From sequence record NC_017972.1: DNA of 64,000 nucleotides; one strand, given 5' to 3'. Numbering within the stretch: position 1 is the first letter of the stretch; every line of letters starts with the position of its first letter. The translations under genes and the position numbers were made by a program. Shown here piece by piece: positions 54,978-63,999 of this stretch. Below the pieces are notes generated by a model, which was given only the letters and a program-made list of their open reading frames with translations, did not search any database and was not told the origin of the DNA.

Positions 54978-56714
54978 TTACAGGAAAACGATTTTGCTGA
55001 CTGCCAGTTGCGGATTCAGATCGTCCAGCACGGATTCATCGTAAGGAATATGCAGCGTGTTGGTTTCCGTGTCGAACCACAGACCGAACGAAAGCAGCTC
55101 GCGACGGCCCTGCGCGGTTTTCAGGAATTCCGGCATTGCCGATAGTGGCGCAGCAGCCGGGTAGACGCCGTGACTGCGATTCTGCGTGTAACCGATCAGT
55201 GATGCTTCGATTTCAAAATCTTGATCGGGCGAAACGCCGCTGATAATGATGGCGCCGTTGTCCTCGTAGGAGGCCTGCACGTTGCGCGAAACGTGGCCGA
55301 CCATGCTCAGGATTTTACGCAGTGGCAATTGATCGCCGTCCACGTCAATCGTTGGCTCGCGGTTGTCGAGCGAATAAAACGCAGCGATGTTTTCGGTGGA
55401 ATCCGCTTCGATTTCAACCGCCGATTGGAAACCGAGGGTGATTTGACGTTTTTCGATCAGGAAGCCTGCCGAATCCAGCAGCTCGCCAATGGTGCCGCCA
55501 GTGGCGTACTCTTCGTCGTCGCCCAGCGTATCGAAATAATCGAAAACGTGATTCATGCAATTGCGCAGCGAGCTGGTTGGCGTCGGTTTGCTGTAGGTGG
55601 CAAAACCGTCACCAATCGGAACCTGCACAGTGATGCGGGATTCATAAACCGAAATTTTCAGTTTGTAGAATTCCAGCACCAGACAATCGATAAACGCGCC
55701 ATTCATTACCAGATTGTGCCCAAAGTCCGGCCACATGGTCATGATCGAAATCATGTTGGGCGCACGCAGCGCGCTTTGGTAGGATTCCAGCGCGTATTCA
55801 TGGTCGGATTTCCCGGCGTCGTTATCGTCGGGAATAGTGTTGATCCTTTCCAAGCAGGAAACGAAATCGTTAAACAGGTGCGGGCAGTGCTCATGCTTGC
55901 GCACGTCGAGCGTTTCAAGGAACAGATTCGATTCTGGCGAGATTGGCAGCTCTTTAACCACGTCTGCCGTTTTCACTGCCAGCAGTGCGTCGTCATGCGC
56001 TGCGCGCTTTGGAGACGGACGGCCTTTAGCTTTCGGCTTCGCGGCTACTGCCTTTTTCAGCACGGGTTTTGCGACCGCCTGCTTTTTCGCCGCTGGTTTT
56101 TTCACAGCAACGGTTTTGATCGGGGCGATTGCTTGCGGCTGGGTGTTTTTCATTGCGTCGTCTTCCTTCGATTTTTTGGTTTGCTTTTTCTGTTTAGGGT
56201 TAGCAGCTTTTTGGTGGAACAGGTTGGCGTGGTCGTAGTGACCGGCCAGCAGATCAATGCCCAATTCGACAAAGGCGCGCTCAATAGTTTTCGAGCTAGG
56301 CACCGCTTTGCCTTTCAGCCACGCGCCGATAGATTGCGCGGAAATCATGCCGCGCAGTGCGTCCCATTGCGAGCGGTTCAGCTTCCAGACGTTGTAGGCG
56401 ACCAACGCTTTGTAATAAGCGTGCTGCCAATCCGGGTGCGCACGAAAAAGAATACGCAAATCTTGCTCGCGCAGATCGGGCGCGTGGCGGTGGCCCGACC
56501 ATTGGTTGTAAAGATCGCTCAGCAGCTCTTCGCAATCGTGCTCGGTCAGTTCGCCGCTGATTTCCTCGCCCAGCAGCCACGTCATGAAATCAATCGGGTT
56601 TTGATCTTCTGGCGTTTTTGGCGCACCGGGCAGCGATTGCCAGAATTCGGTAAAGGCTTTCAGGCCGGGGGCTTGTGAGGCAGGTACAGGGGAGCCGAGT
56701 TTTGCAGAGGTCAT
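54978..56714 (-). CDS. Large protein with Cro/C1-like HTH and Lys/Ala/Pro-rich histone-H1-like linker
   Basis: ISAQSIGAWLKGKAVPSSKTIERAF; KKPAAKKQAVAKPVLKKAVAAKPKAK. Confidence 0.65.
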   Translation of the reverse strand: MTSAKLGSPVPASQAPGLKAFTEFWQSLPGAPKTPEDQNPIDFMTWLLGEEISGELTEHDCEELLSDLYNQWSGHRHAPDLREQDLRILFRAHPDWQHAYYKALVAYNVWKLNRSQWDALRGMISAQSIGAWLKGKAVPSSKTIERAFVELGIDLLAGHYDHANLFHQKAANPKQKKQTKKSKEDDAMKNTQPQAIAPIKTVAVKKPAAKKQAVAKPVLKKAVAAKPKAKGRPSPKRAAHDDALLAVKTADVVKELPISPESNLFLETLDVRKHEHCPHLFNDFVSCLERINTIPDDNDAGKSDHEYALESYQSALRAPNMISIMTMWPDFGHNLVMNGAFIDCLVLEFYKLKISVYESRITVQVPIGDGFATYSKPTPTSSLRNCMNHVFDYFDTLGDDEEYATGGTIGELLDSAGFLIEKRQITLGFQSAVEIEADSTENIAAFYSLDNREPTIDVDGDQLPLRKILSMVGHVSRNVQASYEDNGAIIISGVSPDQDFEIEASLIGYTQNRSHGVYPAAAPLSAMPEFLKTAQGRRELLSFGLWFDTETNTLHIPYDESVLDDLNPQLAVSKIVFL

Positions 56715-56749
56715 CGTCTTCTTCCTTCTTTCTTCGCAGTAATTGCGGG

Positions 56750-57550
56750 TTAGGCTTCTTTTGCAACCAATTCAGCAAAGCGCGAATCGATTGCACAAAG
56801 GCGTTTCAGGTTGCGTTTCGGGAAATCCAGCAGCGAGATAGCGCCGCTGTAAAAATCGCACGACGAATAGGTGCCGTTGTTCATATCGTGGAAGAACAGC
56901 AGCTCGCCAGCAGTCATGCCGTAGTAACGGGTAACGCCAAAATTCGGCATGGATTCGCGCAGCTTATCCCACGCGACCATTGAACCACAGCCATTGGCGC
57001 AGGCGTCGAATTCATCTTGCGAAATCACGCGCAGCACGTAGGCGCGACCGTATTTTTCAACGGTGTTTTCAAACCACTTCGCACGGAATTCCTGTTGAAC
57101 CAATGCGTCAATGTGTTCGGCGCGCACGCCCAATTCATCGGCCAGAATGTGAATGTGTTCGGGCGTAGGAATTGTGGTGCCACGGTGGCGCAACAATTGA
57201 TCGCGCAGCTTTGGCATTGGCAGCGCTGCAATACCGGATTTGTAAAGCTTCACAAAATCAGTGAACGGCGTAGGCGAAGCATCACCTTCCAGATAAGGCC
57301 CGACGTGCGAAACGTGCGAGCGATTCATTTTCACTTTACGACCGCCAATGATCCACGCTTTGCCGATTCCCAGCTCGCGAACGTCGATCATAAACCACAC
57401 GTTCGGGCACTTTTGGCGGAAAAGCATATCAGCCTCTTCGCGGCTCAGTGCGAAAACGTGGGCTTCCATACGCTGCACGGTGATTTCTTTTACGGTGTAC
57501 AGGTAGTGGAATTGCAGCAGTGGGGCAGCAGTGCGAGAAAGAATAGCCAT
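56750..57550 (-). CDS. Hypothetical protein with possible Cro/C1-like HTH
   Basis: RGTTIPTPEHIHILADELGV. AAGG RBS. Confidence 0.65.
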   Translation of the reverse strand: MAILSRTAAPLLQFHYLYTVKEITVQRMEAHVFALSREEADMLFRQKCPNVWFMIDVRELGIGKAWIIGGRKVKMNRSHVSHVGPYLEGDASPTPFTDFVKLYKSGIAALPMPKLRDQLLRHRGTTIPTPEHIHILADELGVRAEHIDALVQQEFRAKWFENTVEKYGRAYVLRVISQDEFDACANGCGSMVAWDKLRESMPNFGVTRYYGMTAGELLFFHDMNNGTYSSCDFYSGAISLLDFPKRNLKRLCAIDSRFAELVAKEA

Positions 57551-57563
57551 GACAAGAACCTTA

Positions 57564-57860
57564 TTAGACGGAGACGACGTTAAAAGCGAGCAGAGCGAAC
57601 AGGAGGCTAAAGGCGCACATATTAAAGCGCTCCAGCTTTCGCGTTGCCGCGTCCGTTTCCTTGCCGACGAAAATTTGCATGGCCCAGCTTAATGCAAAGC
57701 CAACGGTTGCGACTTCCGTTTGATAGCCGATCAATACAGGCGACCACATAAAGGCACTAAGGCCGACGACCGCTATTGAATGCGGGCGCCTAACCAGTGA
57801 CCAAACTTTACTTGTACCTAAGCGATTGGGGCGCATCGGGGCGCCCGTATTGATGTTCAT
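57564..57860 (-). CDS. Membrane protein, first gene after the sigma70-type promoter
   Basis: Three hydrophobic stretches. Confidence 0.65.
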   Translation of the reverse strand: MNINTGAPMRPNRLGTSKVWSLVRRPHSIAVVGLSAFMWSPVLIGYQTEVATVGFALSWAMQIFVGKETDAATRKLERFNMCAFSLLFALLAFNVVSV

Positions 57861-57932
57861 CGGAAACTTCCCTAAAACCGTGAGTTAGAACCTAGCGGGC
57901 ACATTTCGGCCCTGACCTAAGCCAGGGCCGCC

Positions 57933-57961
57933 ATAGTGCCAGCATAGGGCGCCCCTGTCAA
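57933..57961 (-). promoter_or_regulatory. Host sigma70-type early promoter
   Basis: On the - strand TTGACA-N17-CACTAT with an extended -10 TG (TGG CACTAT), in a 150-bp intergenic gap. Confidence 0.7.
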
Positions 57962-58010
57962 GTAGTGCTTACCAGACAAGGGCTTACACGCGGTTAGAGG
58001 CCCGTGCGCG

Positions 58011-58499
58011 TTAGGCTTCGGCGTGGTCTTCGTCTTCGGCCAGTGCTTCGGCTTCGTCCGCTACAACGCCCGCGATTTGCGCACGCAATACAGCCTGATA
58101 CTGGTGCGGCGCCATTTGCTTTGCCAGTTCATCGTTGATTTCAAACCATTCACGGCGGCGCAATTGGAACTCTTCCCAAGGCACGTTAGAAAGGAACGAC
58201 GCACGGAAATAAACTTCGCGCTGAATTTTTGCCGGTTGGGTATCGGTTGCCTCGTATTGCAGAACCTCGTCATATACGGATTCGTGCAAGGTAACAGCCA
58301 TACCCGCTTCCTCGCGCATTTCTTTCTGCGCGTTTTCCTCATGGGTCAGATTTGGTTCCAAACCGCCTTTCGGCAAAACCCACAGGCCGGGGAATTTAAG
58401 CGAAGTAACCAGCAGCACTTTCTTTTTGTCGTCGCTCAGCAGCGCAACGCCGGTAGCGATACGGATGTAGTTTTTGATTTTAGCGATAGAAACGTTCAT
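58011..58499 (-). CDS. Nudix hydrolase (DIPP-like subfamily), paralog of 32028..32534
   Basis: VLLVTS...WVLPKGGLEPNLTHEENAQKEMREEAGM. Confidence 0.85.
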   Translation of the reverse strand: MNVSIAKIKNYIRIATGVALLSDDKKKVLLVTSLKFPGLWVLPKGGLEPNLTHEENAQKEMREEAGMAVTLHESVYDEVLQYEATDTQPAKIQREVYFRASFLSNVPWEEFQLRRREWFEINDELAKQMAPHQYQAVLRAQIAGVVADEAEALAEDEDHAEA

Positions 58500-58523
58500 A
58501 GGTCAATGCCTCTTCTGTAGTGA

Positions 58524-59294
58524 TTAGTTTGCGGAGAAATCAAGCGGAGACAAGCCACCGATATGATCGGTCAAGTCGTCTTTAAAGCTTTGGCACAGCG
58601 CCCTGTAGACACCGAACGGCAACATAAACGAGATTTCAAAATCGATGCAACGCACAAAGAATTTAAAGCTCCCCCACGGGCTGGGGAAACTCACTTCATA
58701 CTGAATATCCAGAATGTCAGAATCTTGCACGACGCGGTAACTGATTGGCGCACGCGCTAACCGCTGGGCGCCGGACGTGTGGCGCACGTTCATCAGCAGG
58801 TTTTCCATTGCGTGAGAATACAGCATAGCCATAGGCATTCCGTTGAGAATGTCAGAGCGCTGCATTCCCTGCAAACCGATTGCGCATTGCGGCTTAACCC
58901 AAACGTCGTGGTAATAACGCAACGTATTGAGCAGAGTGGCAAGGCCCAACAGATCGTGCATGGACAATTCATCAGTGGCTTTTGCGTATTGCGTGATGCA
59001 GGTCATGCCCGGACCGTGACGCAACCAACCAAAGCCATTTTTAAACAACGTTTCGCGCTGCACGTCGCTGATTCGTTTCCAGTCAAACGCAGCAGCGTTC
59101 AACGGCATACCGGACAGCGAACGGCCACCATCGCGGATATGCTTTTCGAGCAGAGTTGCAATAACGAATTCCCCGTGCGGGAATTTTTCCATCGCAGCGT
59201 ACATGTAGAAACCTGAAACCTGTGTGTTCAGGCAGGCGTCCAGATCGAAAGAAACATTAATAGATGGAATCGCATATTGCAGAGTAATGTTCAC
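58524..59294 (-). CDS. Hypothetical protein
   Basis: 256 aa, GTGA overlap. Confidence 0.7.
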   Translation of the reverse strand: MNITLQYAIPSINVSFDLDACLNTQVSGFYMYAAMEKFPHGEFVIATLLEKHIRDGGRSLSGMPLNAAAFDWKRISDVQRETLFKNGFGWLRHGPGMTCITQYAKATDELSMHDLLGLATLLNTLRYYHDVWVKPQCAIGLQGMQRSDILNGMPMAMLYSHAMENLLMNVRHTSGAQRLARAPISYRVVQDSDILDIQYEVSFPSPWGSFKFFVRCIDFEISFMLPFGVYRALCQSFKDDLTDHIGGLSPLDFSAN

Positions 59295-59665
59295 AGCAGT
59301 CCCCGTTCTTCCAGAATTGATAGTGCGGCTTCGCGTGCAACGTGATCGATTTGTTGCGCACGTTTTGTCTTCTTTGCAGCTTTTAATTTTTCACGCCGGG
59401 AACGCATCATACGGTCATGCACCAACATGCCCGCAACCCAACCTGCACCGGCCCCGAAACAGCCGAACAACGCAAGGTAAGGATTTTCAGTTTTCAACGC
59501 AGCGGATGCCAGCGTAAGAGTCACCAGCAACTCACACGCAGACATTGCAGCACCGCCAATAAACGACAAGGTTTTATGACCACCTGCTACGCTTTTGTTT
59601 TGGATGCCGCGTAGAAAAGTCGTCACAAACAAAACAGACGCTGTTGTGAGGACCGTTTGAATCAT
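59291..59665 (-). CDS. Multi-TM membrane protein
   Basis: Three hydrophobic segments plus a basic tail. Confidence 0.7.
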   Translation of the reverse strand: MIQTVLTTASVLFVTTFLRGIQNKSVAGGHKTLSFIGGAAMSACELLVTLTLASAALKTENPYLALFGCFGAGAGWVAGMLVHDRMMRSRREKLKAAKKTKRAQQIDHVAREAALSILEERGLL

Positions 59666-60015
59666 TTCGGTGGCCTCTCGTCTTCATATGTCGTATTCAA
59701 TTCGCCGTTTGCTTTTCGAGCGTTGTACAGCTTATTGAGGTAATCCCGTTGAACCGGTGCGCAGGTTGTACCATCGTCGCCAATGCTGTAACAGGCTAAA
59801 TTGGTGTCGGCGTCAAAGCAGCGCGTAACACTGATTTGATTTGCGATGTAAGTATCACACATGATTGGCATGATTACTTTTGCGGCCTCAGCTTCTTGCG
59901 CTTCGCGCTCAGCTTCGGAAATGCCGCGTGCGTCTGCTTTTGGTGGCGCGCTAATCAGCAAGGCAGCACCAATAACCAGCAGAGGGAGCCAGTGTTTTTC
60001 AATGAACTTGTGCAT
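59662..60015 (-). CDS. Secreted/anchored protein with 4 Cys
   Basis: WLPLLVIGAALLISA leader. C...RC.D..T...CYS...TTC. Confidence 0.7.
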   Translation of the reverse strand: MHKFIEKHWLPLLVIGAALLISAPPKADARGISEAEREAQEAEAAKVIMPIMCDTYIANQISVTRCFDADTNLACYSIGDDGTTCAPVQRDYLNKLYNARKANGELNTTYEDERPPK

Positions 60016-60331
60016 TCGCTTTTTCCTCGGGCAGCATGTAGCGGGCGCGGCTAATCGTTTTCACTTCGTCACAATCCATAATGCGCTGGCTGGCGCCGTT
60101 GGGATTGGTGCGCACCGAGTACAGATAGCAAATTTTGTTGAAGTCGGGATCGTAGTAGCGCATCACGGTTCCACTCGGGGAATCCACGATAATTTCCATC
60201 GGCAACATTTCTTTGTTGCGGATAATCTCGGACGAACGCTTTTCCAGTTCGCCAGTAATGGTCGCTTCTTTGTTGCAGCCCGCTACGGACAGCAGGGCAA
60301 CGGTAATCAGTAGTGCTCTTCGGATTATCAT
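59999..60331 (-). CDS. Lipoprotein
   Basis: MIIRRALLITVALLSVAGC lipobox. Confidence 0.75.
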   Translation of the reverse strand: MIIRRALLITVALLSVAGCNKEATITGELEKRSSEIIRNKEMLPMEIIVDSPSGTVMRYYDPDFNKICYLYSVRTNPNGASQRIMDCDEVKTISRARYMLPEEKANAQVH

Positions 60332-60801
60332 TCTTTCTCTTCCTCTTCCTTGCGCAAAATTGCGGATTCCAACAGGTCAAAAAATTGGTCTACACTGTCG
60401 GCAAATTTGTGGGCTTCATACGGCGAATTGTAGCGCGTCGCTAGCGACAATCCCCACGGGCGCCCAGCCTCTTCCAAATCCAGCATGTTCGGGATCAAGC
60501 GGACGAAATAAAATCCACGGTCCCAATATACCCGCGTCCATTTACTTTCTGGACGGCTATGCAGCAAGCGCGGCATTTCAGGCAGCTTGGAAACATCGCC
60601 GGTCACACCCATCATTTCAGCGGTGTATTTTCCGATGGTTGTTACGTGCAATTCCGGCACGGTTTCCATGTACGCTTTTGCCACACGGTTGCAGCAAGGC
60701 GTAGTAAACGTTGGTTCTGCGTATTCCTTTAACGGCGTGTTGCAGTAGGGGCACCAAATCGGATCGGGGCCGAGTACCGCAAAAAGTTGTTGATTTTCCA
60801 T
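60328..60801 (-). CDS. Hypothetical protein with zinc-ribbon-like Cys pairs
   Basis: CPYC...PCCN. Confidence 0.7.
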   Translation of the reverse strand: MENQQLFAVLGPDPIWCPYCNTPLKEYAEPTFTTPCCNRVAKAYMETVPELHVTTIGKYTAEMMGVTGDVSKLPEMPRLLHSRPESKWTRVYWDRGFYFVRLIPNMLDLEEAGRPWGLSLATRYNSPYEAHKFADSVDQFFDLLESAILRKEEEEKE

Positions 60802-60816
60802 GTCAAGTCTCGGTGA

Positions 60817-61617
60817 TTATTCGTCTTCTTCCAGTATGGATAGAGCGTGTTTCAGTGCTGGCTCAACCAGCGGTTGGATTCGTTCGGCACAGCGCTTCAA
60901 AAACTCTGGCGATAGTGCGGTTTCTTTTACGGTGCGCTGGCCTCGCATAATGTCGATGATTGCATCCGCGCCTTCGTTGGCGCCGCGTGTGGAATGCGCA
61001 CGCAAACCAAAGTCTTCCAGCGTTGGCGTAACGGTGCCATTTTCAACAACGAAAGAGATAACGCATTTTACTGCGTCGTCACAGTGCTCGCCGCCGTACA
61101 TGGACGATTTGAAACGCAGATAAGGGAACGCCTCAGCCAGCGCAAGCAAATCTTCATAATACGATTGCGTACTCGGGTAGCTGCCACGCGAATTGTCGCA
61201 GTAGAAAATTTTACCTTCGGGGCTACAGAAACCGTAAGCGCCATGCAGGTAAGACGAAGCGGCCCAAGTGTTGTGGATGCACTCGAACGAACAAAAGCCA
61301 AGCGCATCACGAATGTATTTTTGCGCGTGGTATTTCAAAAAGAAAACTACGCCTTCGTGGTCGTGCTTGTTAGCAGCCTTGACGATTGCGTCCATACCGC
61401 TTTGCTTGTGGATCAAAGCGCGTAGCTGGGTAAAGCGACGGCTCATCGGTTCGGAAATTCCGGTGATGAATTTGTCGGTACGCAGGATGATATCCAGCGC
61501 CTGCTCTTCGGTTACGCTGTCACCGACAATCATGATTTGCGGCCACTTCGGCAAACCTAGATCAGCCATTTCTTTCGGCAGCTGCGGGAACAGCTTTTCT
61601 TCTTCCTTATCTTCCAT
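60817..61617 (-). CDS. Conserved-type phage hypothetical protein
   Basis: 266 aa. LPKWPQ...V...QA..II.RTD and SSY..G..G...P.G.I motifs. Confidence 0.7.
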   Translation of the reverse strand: MEDKEEEKLFPQLPKEMADLGLPKWPQIMIVGDSVTEEQALDIILRTDKFITGISEPMSRRFTQLRALIHKQSGMDAIVKAANKHDHEGVVFFLKYHAQKYIRDALGFCSFECIHNTWAASSYLHGAYGFCSPEGKIFYCDNSRGSYPSTQSYYEDLLALAEAFPYLRFKSSMYGGEHCDDAVKCVISFVVENGTVTPTLEDFGLRAHSTRGANEGADAIIDIMRGQRTVKETALSPEFLKRCAERIQPLVEPALKHALSILEEDE

Positions 61618-61628
61618 TTACAGATTCC

Positions 61629-61871
61629 TCAGCAGGACACGTTTAGGGAGCGGACGTATTGAACGTTACCGCAATTAGGGCAGACGTGACGGTAACGCAT
61701 ACCACGCGGAACAACCATACCCGTTGGCGGGTTGTGGCTGTAGCTGGTGCATGGATTGTATTGCGCGTATTCAGGATCAGGCTCAAAACCAGAAACAGAT
61801 TTGTGATCGAAATCTTCTGGCAATTCCATACCGTTAAGCGCAGCAAACAAAATCGGATCGGAGGTGTACAT
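61629..61871 (-). CDS. Small zinc-ribbon protein
   Basis: Start re-assigned to ATG 61871 (TAATG coupling). HNPP...HVCPNCG. Confidence 0.65.
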   Translation of the reverse strand: MYTSDPILFAALNGMELPEDFDHKSVSGFEPDPEYAQYNPCTSYSHNPPTGMVVPRGMRYRHVCPNCGNVQYVRSLNVSC

Positions 61872-62419
61872 TAAAAGCCCTCGGATTTTTCGACCAAAAC
61901 TCTTACGTCTTCCTCGCCCGGTTCGGCGCCCATGCAGGTAATCCAACCGAGGGGAGAAACGCTACTTTTCAGGCCCATACCGATTGCCACTTTTTCACCC
62001 AGCTGCATAGCCTCGCCTAAAGTCAACCAGCGGTGCAAAACTTCGCGGCGAGTTTCCACATTGTCCACGTCGTAAACAATGCTGACTTTCCATTTTTCTC
62101 TGGAGGCTTGCAGATCAACCAGAACGCCGTGGCGTTGTGCAATTTCTGCCGCCAGTTGTGCGTAGATTGGATGGTTTTCCGGGTAGCGGTCCATGTAGTC
62201 GTATTGGTGCATACGCATACGCTGCTCCAGCGCAAACAATTCATCCTCTTTGTCACGAATGTAATTGATTGCTTGCTCAACGTTTTTGAACTGGCCACCA
62301 CAGCCGGGCAGGAAACGCCCGCCGTGCCGCTCGCGCTCCATTTGCTCAAGTTCTTGCTTACGGTCATTAACACGTTTGTGCAGCGCGTTGTAAATGGCGA
62401 TCAGGTCGCTTTTCAGCAT
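61871..62419 (-). CDS. Hypothetical coiled-coil protein
   Basis: Start re-assigned to ATG 62419 (TAATG overlap with a small upstream ORF). Confidence 0.65.
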   Translation of the reverse strand: MLKSDLIAIYNALHKRVNDRKQELEQMERERHGGRFLPGCGGQFKNVEQAINYIRDKEDELFALEQRMRMHQYDYMDRYPENHPIYAQLAAEIAQRHGVLVDLQASREKWKVSIVYDVDNVETRREVLHRWLTLGEAMQLGEKVAIGMGLKSSVSPLGWITCMGAEPGEEDVRVLVEKSEGF

Positions 62420-62532
62420 TAGCATTTTTTGGCCTTCGGTTTGTACACGTATTTCTTTTTGACCAGCGCCCACACCAGAACGGCAGCAGGCAGCAGGGAC
62501 ACGACAAATACCAGCGCAGCAATCGCAGTCAT
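62419..62532 (-). CDS. 37-aa single-TM peptide with basic tail (not in ORF track)
   Basis: MTAIAALVFVVSLLPAAVLVWALVKKKYVYKPKAKKC. ATGA and TAATG coupled on both sides. Confidence 0.6.
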   Translation of the reverse strand: MTAIAALVFVVSLLPAAVLVWALVKKKYVYKPKAKKC

Positions 62533-62855
62533 TTTGCTTTCTTCTTTTTCTTTACAGGTTTCGTGTTGATCGGCTCTTCTTCGACTTCCAGTTCATCGTC
62601 ATCTGCGAAGTCTTCTGGCGGAGTAACCATGAATTTCATTTCACAACCGAGCGCACCTGCGAAAATAATCAGGCGAGAAAGCGCAACTTGGCGCCCGGTA
62701 ATGATGTTGTGTACGTCGGCCTTGTTGACCGCGAACTGGCGTTGCAGCTCTTCGATTGGCAAATTGCGTTTTGCCAGCTCCGATTTTACTGCTTGGCGCA
62801 AAGACGAATCGATTTCTTCAATGGCAACACGGCCACGCTCTTCGCACGGGTGCAT
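62529..62855 (-). CDS. XRE-family HTH protein (HigA-antitoxin-like)
   Basis: IEELQRQFAVNKADVHNIITGR...LSRLIIFAGALG. Confidence 0.7.
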   Translation of the reverse strand: MHPCEERGRVAIEEIDSSLRQAVKSELAKRNLPIEELQRQFAVNKADVHNIITGRQVALSRLIIFAGALGCEMKFMVTPPEDFADDDELEVEEEPINTKPVKKKKKAK

Positions 62856-63220
62856 TAGACGGCCTCAGTGCGAACGTAAACGGAGTGACCTTGGTTGGTT
62901 TTACGGGTCAGTTTGTACGGAACTTTTTCAGTGCGAGCCTTGCGCGCCAAGCGACGGCCCAGCATCTTTTTCATCATAGGTTCCAGTTGTTCGCCATCGG
63001 TCAGGGCGCTAACCGTGAACTCTTCACCGACCGGCAAACCGTCAATCTGTTTTACCAGTTCATTAAAACGCGAAGTAACCGGGCAAGTTTCTTTCAGCTC
63101 TTCGGTATTCAGGCCCAACCACATGTATTGCACGATAGCCTGTTCCAGCTTTTCACCGCCAGTTGCTACGACCAGTTTGTGCAGCAGGTCGTCGGGTACA
63201 TCGATCAGAATTTTAGGCAT
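62855..63220 (-). CDS. Protein with N-terminal ribbon-helix-helix-like DNA-binding motif
   Basis: MPKILIDVPDDLLHKL. Confidence 0.55.
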   Translation of the reverse strand: MPKILIDVPDDLLHKLVVATGGEKLEQAIVQYMWLGLNTEELKETCPVTSRFNELVKQIDGLPVGEEFTVSALTDGEQLEPMMKKMLGRRLARKARTEKVPYKLTRKTNQGHSVYVRTEAV

Positions 63221-63647
63221 TGCTTTTTCCTTGGAGGTCTTTGATTAGTTCGCTGCGCACTTGTTGCTCGATGTTTTCGCCGGTCAGCCAGCGGAAAGCT
63301 TCCAGCACTTTCGTAAATTCATCCAGCAATTCGTTGATCGAAACGACGACGTTTTGGAAGGGTTCTTTGTCGAACAACAGCTGCGGCGGTCGGGGCTGTA
63401 CGTAGATGGTATTCGGCTCTACAAACGCATCGCGCTCGGTGTAGACTAGCGAATAATTACCGAGGCCTTCCAACAGGCCGCGCTGCATCTGCACAATTTC
63501 TTTTTGCAGAAACTCGACGTAGTGCCTGCGCTCGGAGAAAGTCAGCGATGAAAGCTTACGTTTTCCTTCGCGGCATTCTCGCACCGCTTCGTCAAGCATT
63601 GCACGATCTAAAAGGCTAGGCACGTTTACGGGACTCCACAGGAACAT
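63213..63647 (-). CDS. Hypothetical protein
   Basis: 144-aa ORF. True start may be ATG 63599. Confidence 0.65.
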   Translation of the reverse strand: MFLWSPVNVPSLLDRAMLDEAVRECREGKRKLSSLTFSERRHYVEFLQKEIVQMQRGLLEGLGNYSLVYTERDAFVEPNTIYVQPRPPQLLFDKEPFQNVVVSINELLDEFTKVLEAFRWLTGENIEQQVRSELIKDLQGKSNA

Positions 63648-63999
63648 GCGCGTTTTTCTGTACCGTCATTGGTACGCCTTTGGTCTTCATACTCGGGCCT
63701 TTCTTGGCTTTCGGTTTCGGACCTTTTTTCGCTTCGGCATTCGCTTTTGCTGGCGCTTTGAGAACCTTTTTCTTCGGTGGCGACAACTCGGTTTCGCGCA
63801 GAATCAATTCGATCAGTGCCAGTGGGCGCGGGTGAATCACTACGGCTTCCATAACAACGGCGGTTTCTACATAAACTTTCTGCTCGCCGTTTTGATCGGG
63901 CAGCGCTTCGGAATCGTAGACCGGAGTACGCGTGCAATTTTGCAGCATTCCCCAAGCGGCGCGACGCACAGCTTTGTCGGTGCCGTGAATACGCGCAGC
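63616..63999 (-). CDS. Basic hypothetical protein (5'-truncated by window)
   Basis: Frame is open to the window end. Lys-rich C-terminus. Confidence 0.6.
   Translation of the reverse strand, partial: AARIHGTDKAVRRAAWGMLQNCTRTPVYDSEALPDQNGEQKVYVETAVVMEAVVIHPRPLALIELILRETELSPPKKKVLKAPAKANAEAKKGPKPKAKKGPSMKTKGVPMTVQKNAHVPVESRKRA

Noticed and set aside
60801-60806. TTGACA on the - strand
   Set aside because: It overlaps a start codon and no -10 element appears at the proper spacing.
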